20,000 bases of DNA from Monosiga brevicollis MX1 (lineage: Eukaryota). Where the stretch lies: the NCBI RefSeq assembly GCF_000002865.3, contig NW_001865091.1, forward strand, positions 74,974-94,973. Reading direction: 5' to 3'. The notes under the pieces were generated by a model. That model was not told the origin of the DNA. It did no database searches and saw only the letters and a list, made by a program, of their open reading frames with translations. Numbering within the stretch: the first letter of the stretch is position 1; the number at the start of each line of letters is the position of its first letter. This document shows, piece after piece, positions 19,759-20,000 of the stretch. The position numbers and the translations under genes were made by a program.

Positions 19759-20000
19759 TCATTGGGTGGACTTAGACGATTTTCTCTTCTTGGGATGTGG
19801 TTGCCACTGCGCCACTCGTGCAAGGTGTGTTCGACGTGGAGACCGAGTTTGGACGATTGATGGGGAAGAGCTACGGTCCACAGCGGCGCTTGAGGCTTCT
19901 CGTGTTCGCGCCTCGGTACTTGCATGTGATGTCTCTGATGCCGCCGTAGACGGCGTGGTGCACGGTGGACTTGTCACCTGAATGCCATGATGAAGACGAG
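19759..20000 (-). CDS. Possible 3' end of a minus-strand gene running off the window: Ser/Thr-rich tail with an NLS-like PKKRK
   Basis: Frame open from the window edge (RLHHGIQVTSPP...HPKKRKSSKSTQ*). A minus-strand AATAAA at 19697-19692 lies about 60 nt after the stop. No recognisable domain. Confidence 0.35.
   Translation of the reverse strand, partial: RLHHGIQVTSPPCTTPSTAASETSHASTEARTREASSAAVDRSSSPSIVQTRSPRRTHLARVAQWQPHPKKRKSSKSTQ

Overview
Eukaryotic, intron-containing DNA. Short GT-AG introns, compact gene spacing, cadherin/EGF/IPT domains and a Tyr-motif-rich receptor tail suggest a unicellular holozoan such as a choanoflagellate (inference). The window holds four parts: (1) the 3' end of a Thr/Ser-rich mucin-like gene ending in a Cys-rich module (<1-1013, +); (2) a small ankyrin gene with one 99-nt exon per repeat (about 1291-2215, -); (3) a divergent intergenic region with a polypurine tract and microsatellites; (4) a giant 5-exon gene (4317-18635, +) that the ORF track splits into five pieces. 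Splicing these by hand gives a 13,743-nt CDS, a 4580-aa type I membrane protein. Its order is: signal peptide, five tandem EGF/PA14 supermodules (10 PA14 domains), one cadherin repeat, EGF, IPT/TIG, Ig-like and transthyretin-like beta-sandwiches, a conserved unnamed module split by a (GDDDAAT)28 repeat and a Cys-rich insert, two RRRR furin-type sites, a second acidic repeat, a TM helix, and a kinase-less tail with 13 Tyr motifs (2 NPxY, 4 YFDPQQ, YLNV/YLDV/YFDV). A possible 3' end of another minus-strand gene lies at the right edge. Domain calls come from recognising motifs by eye, not from database searches.
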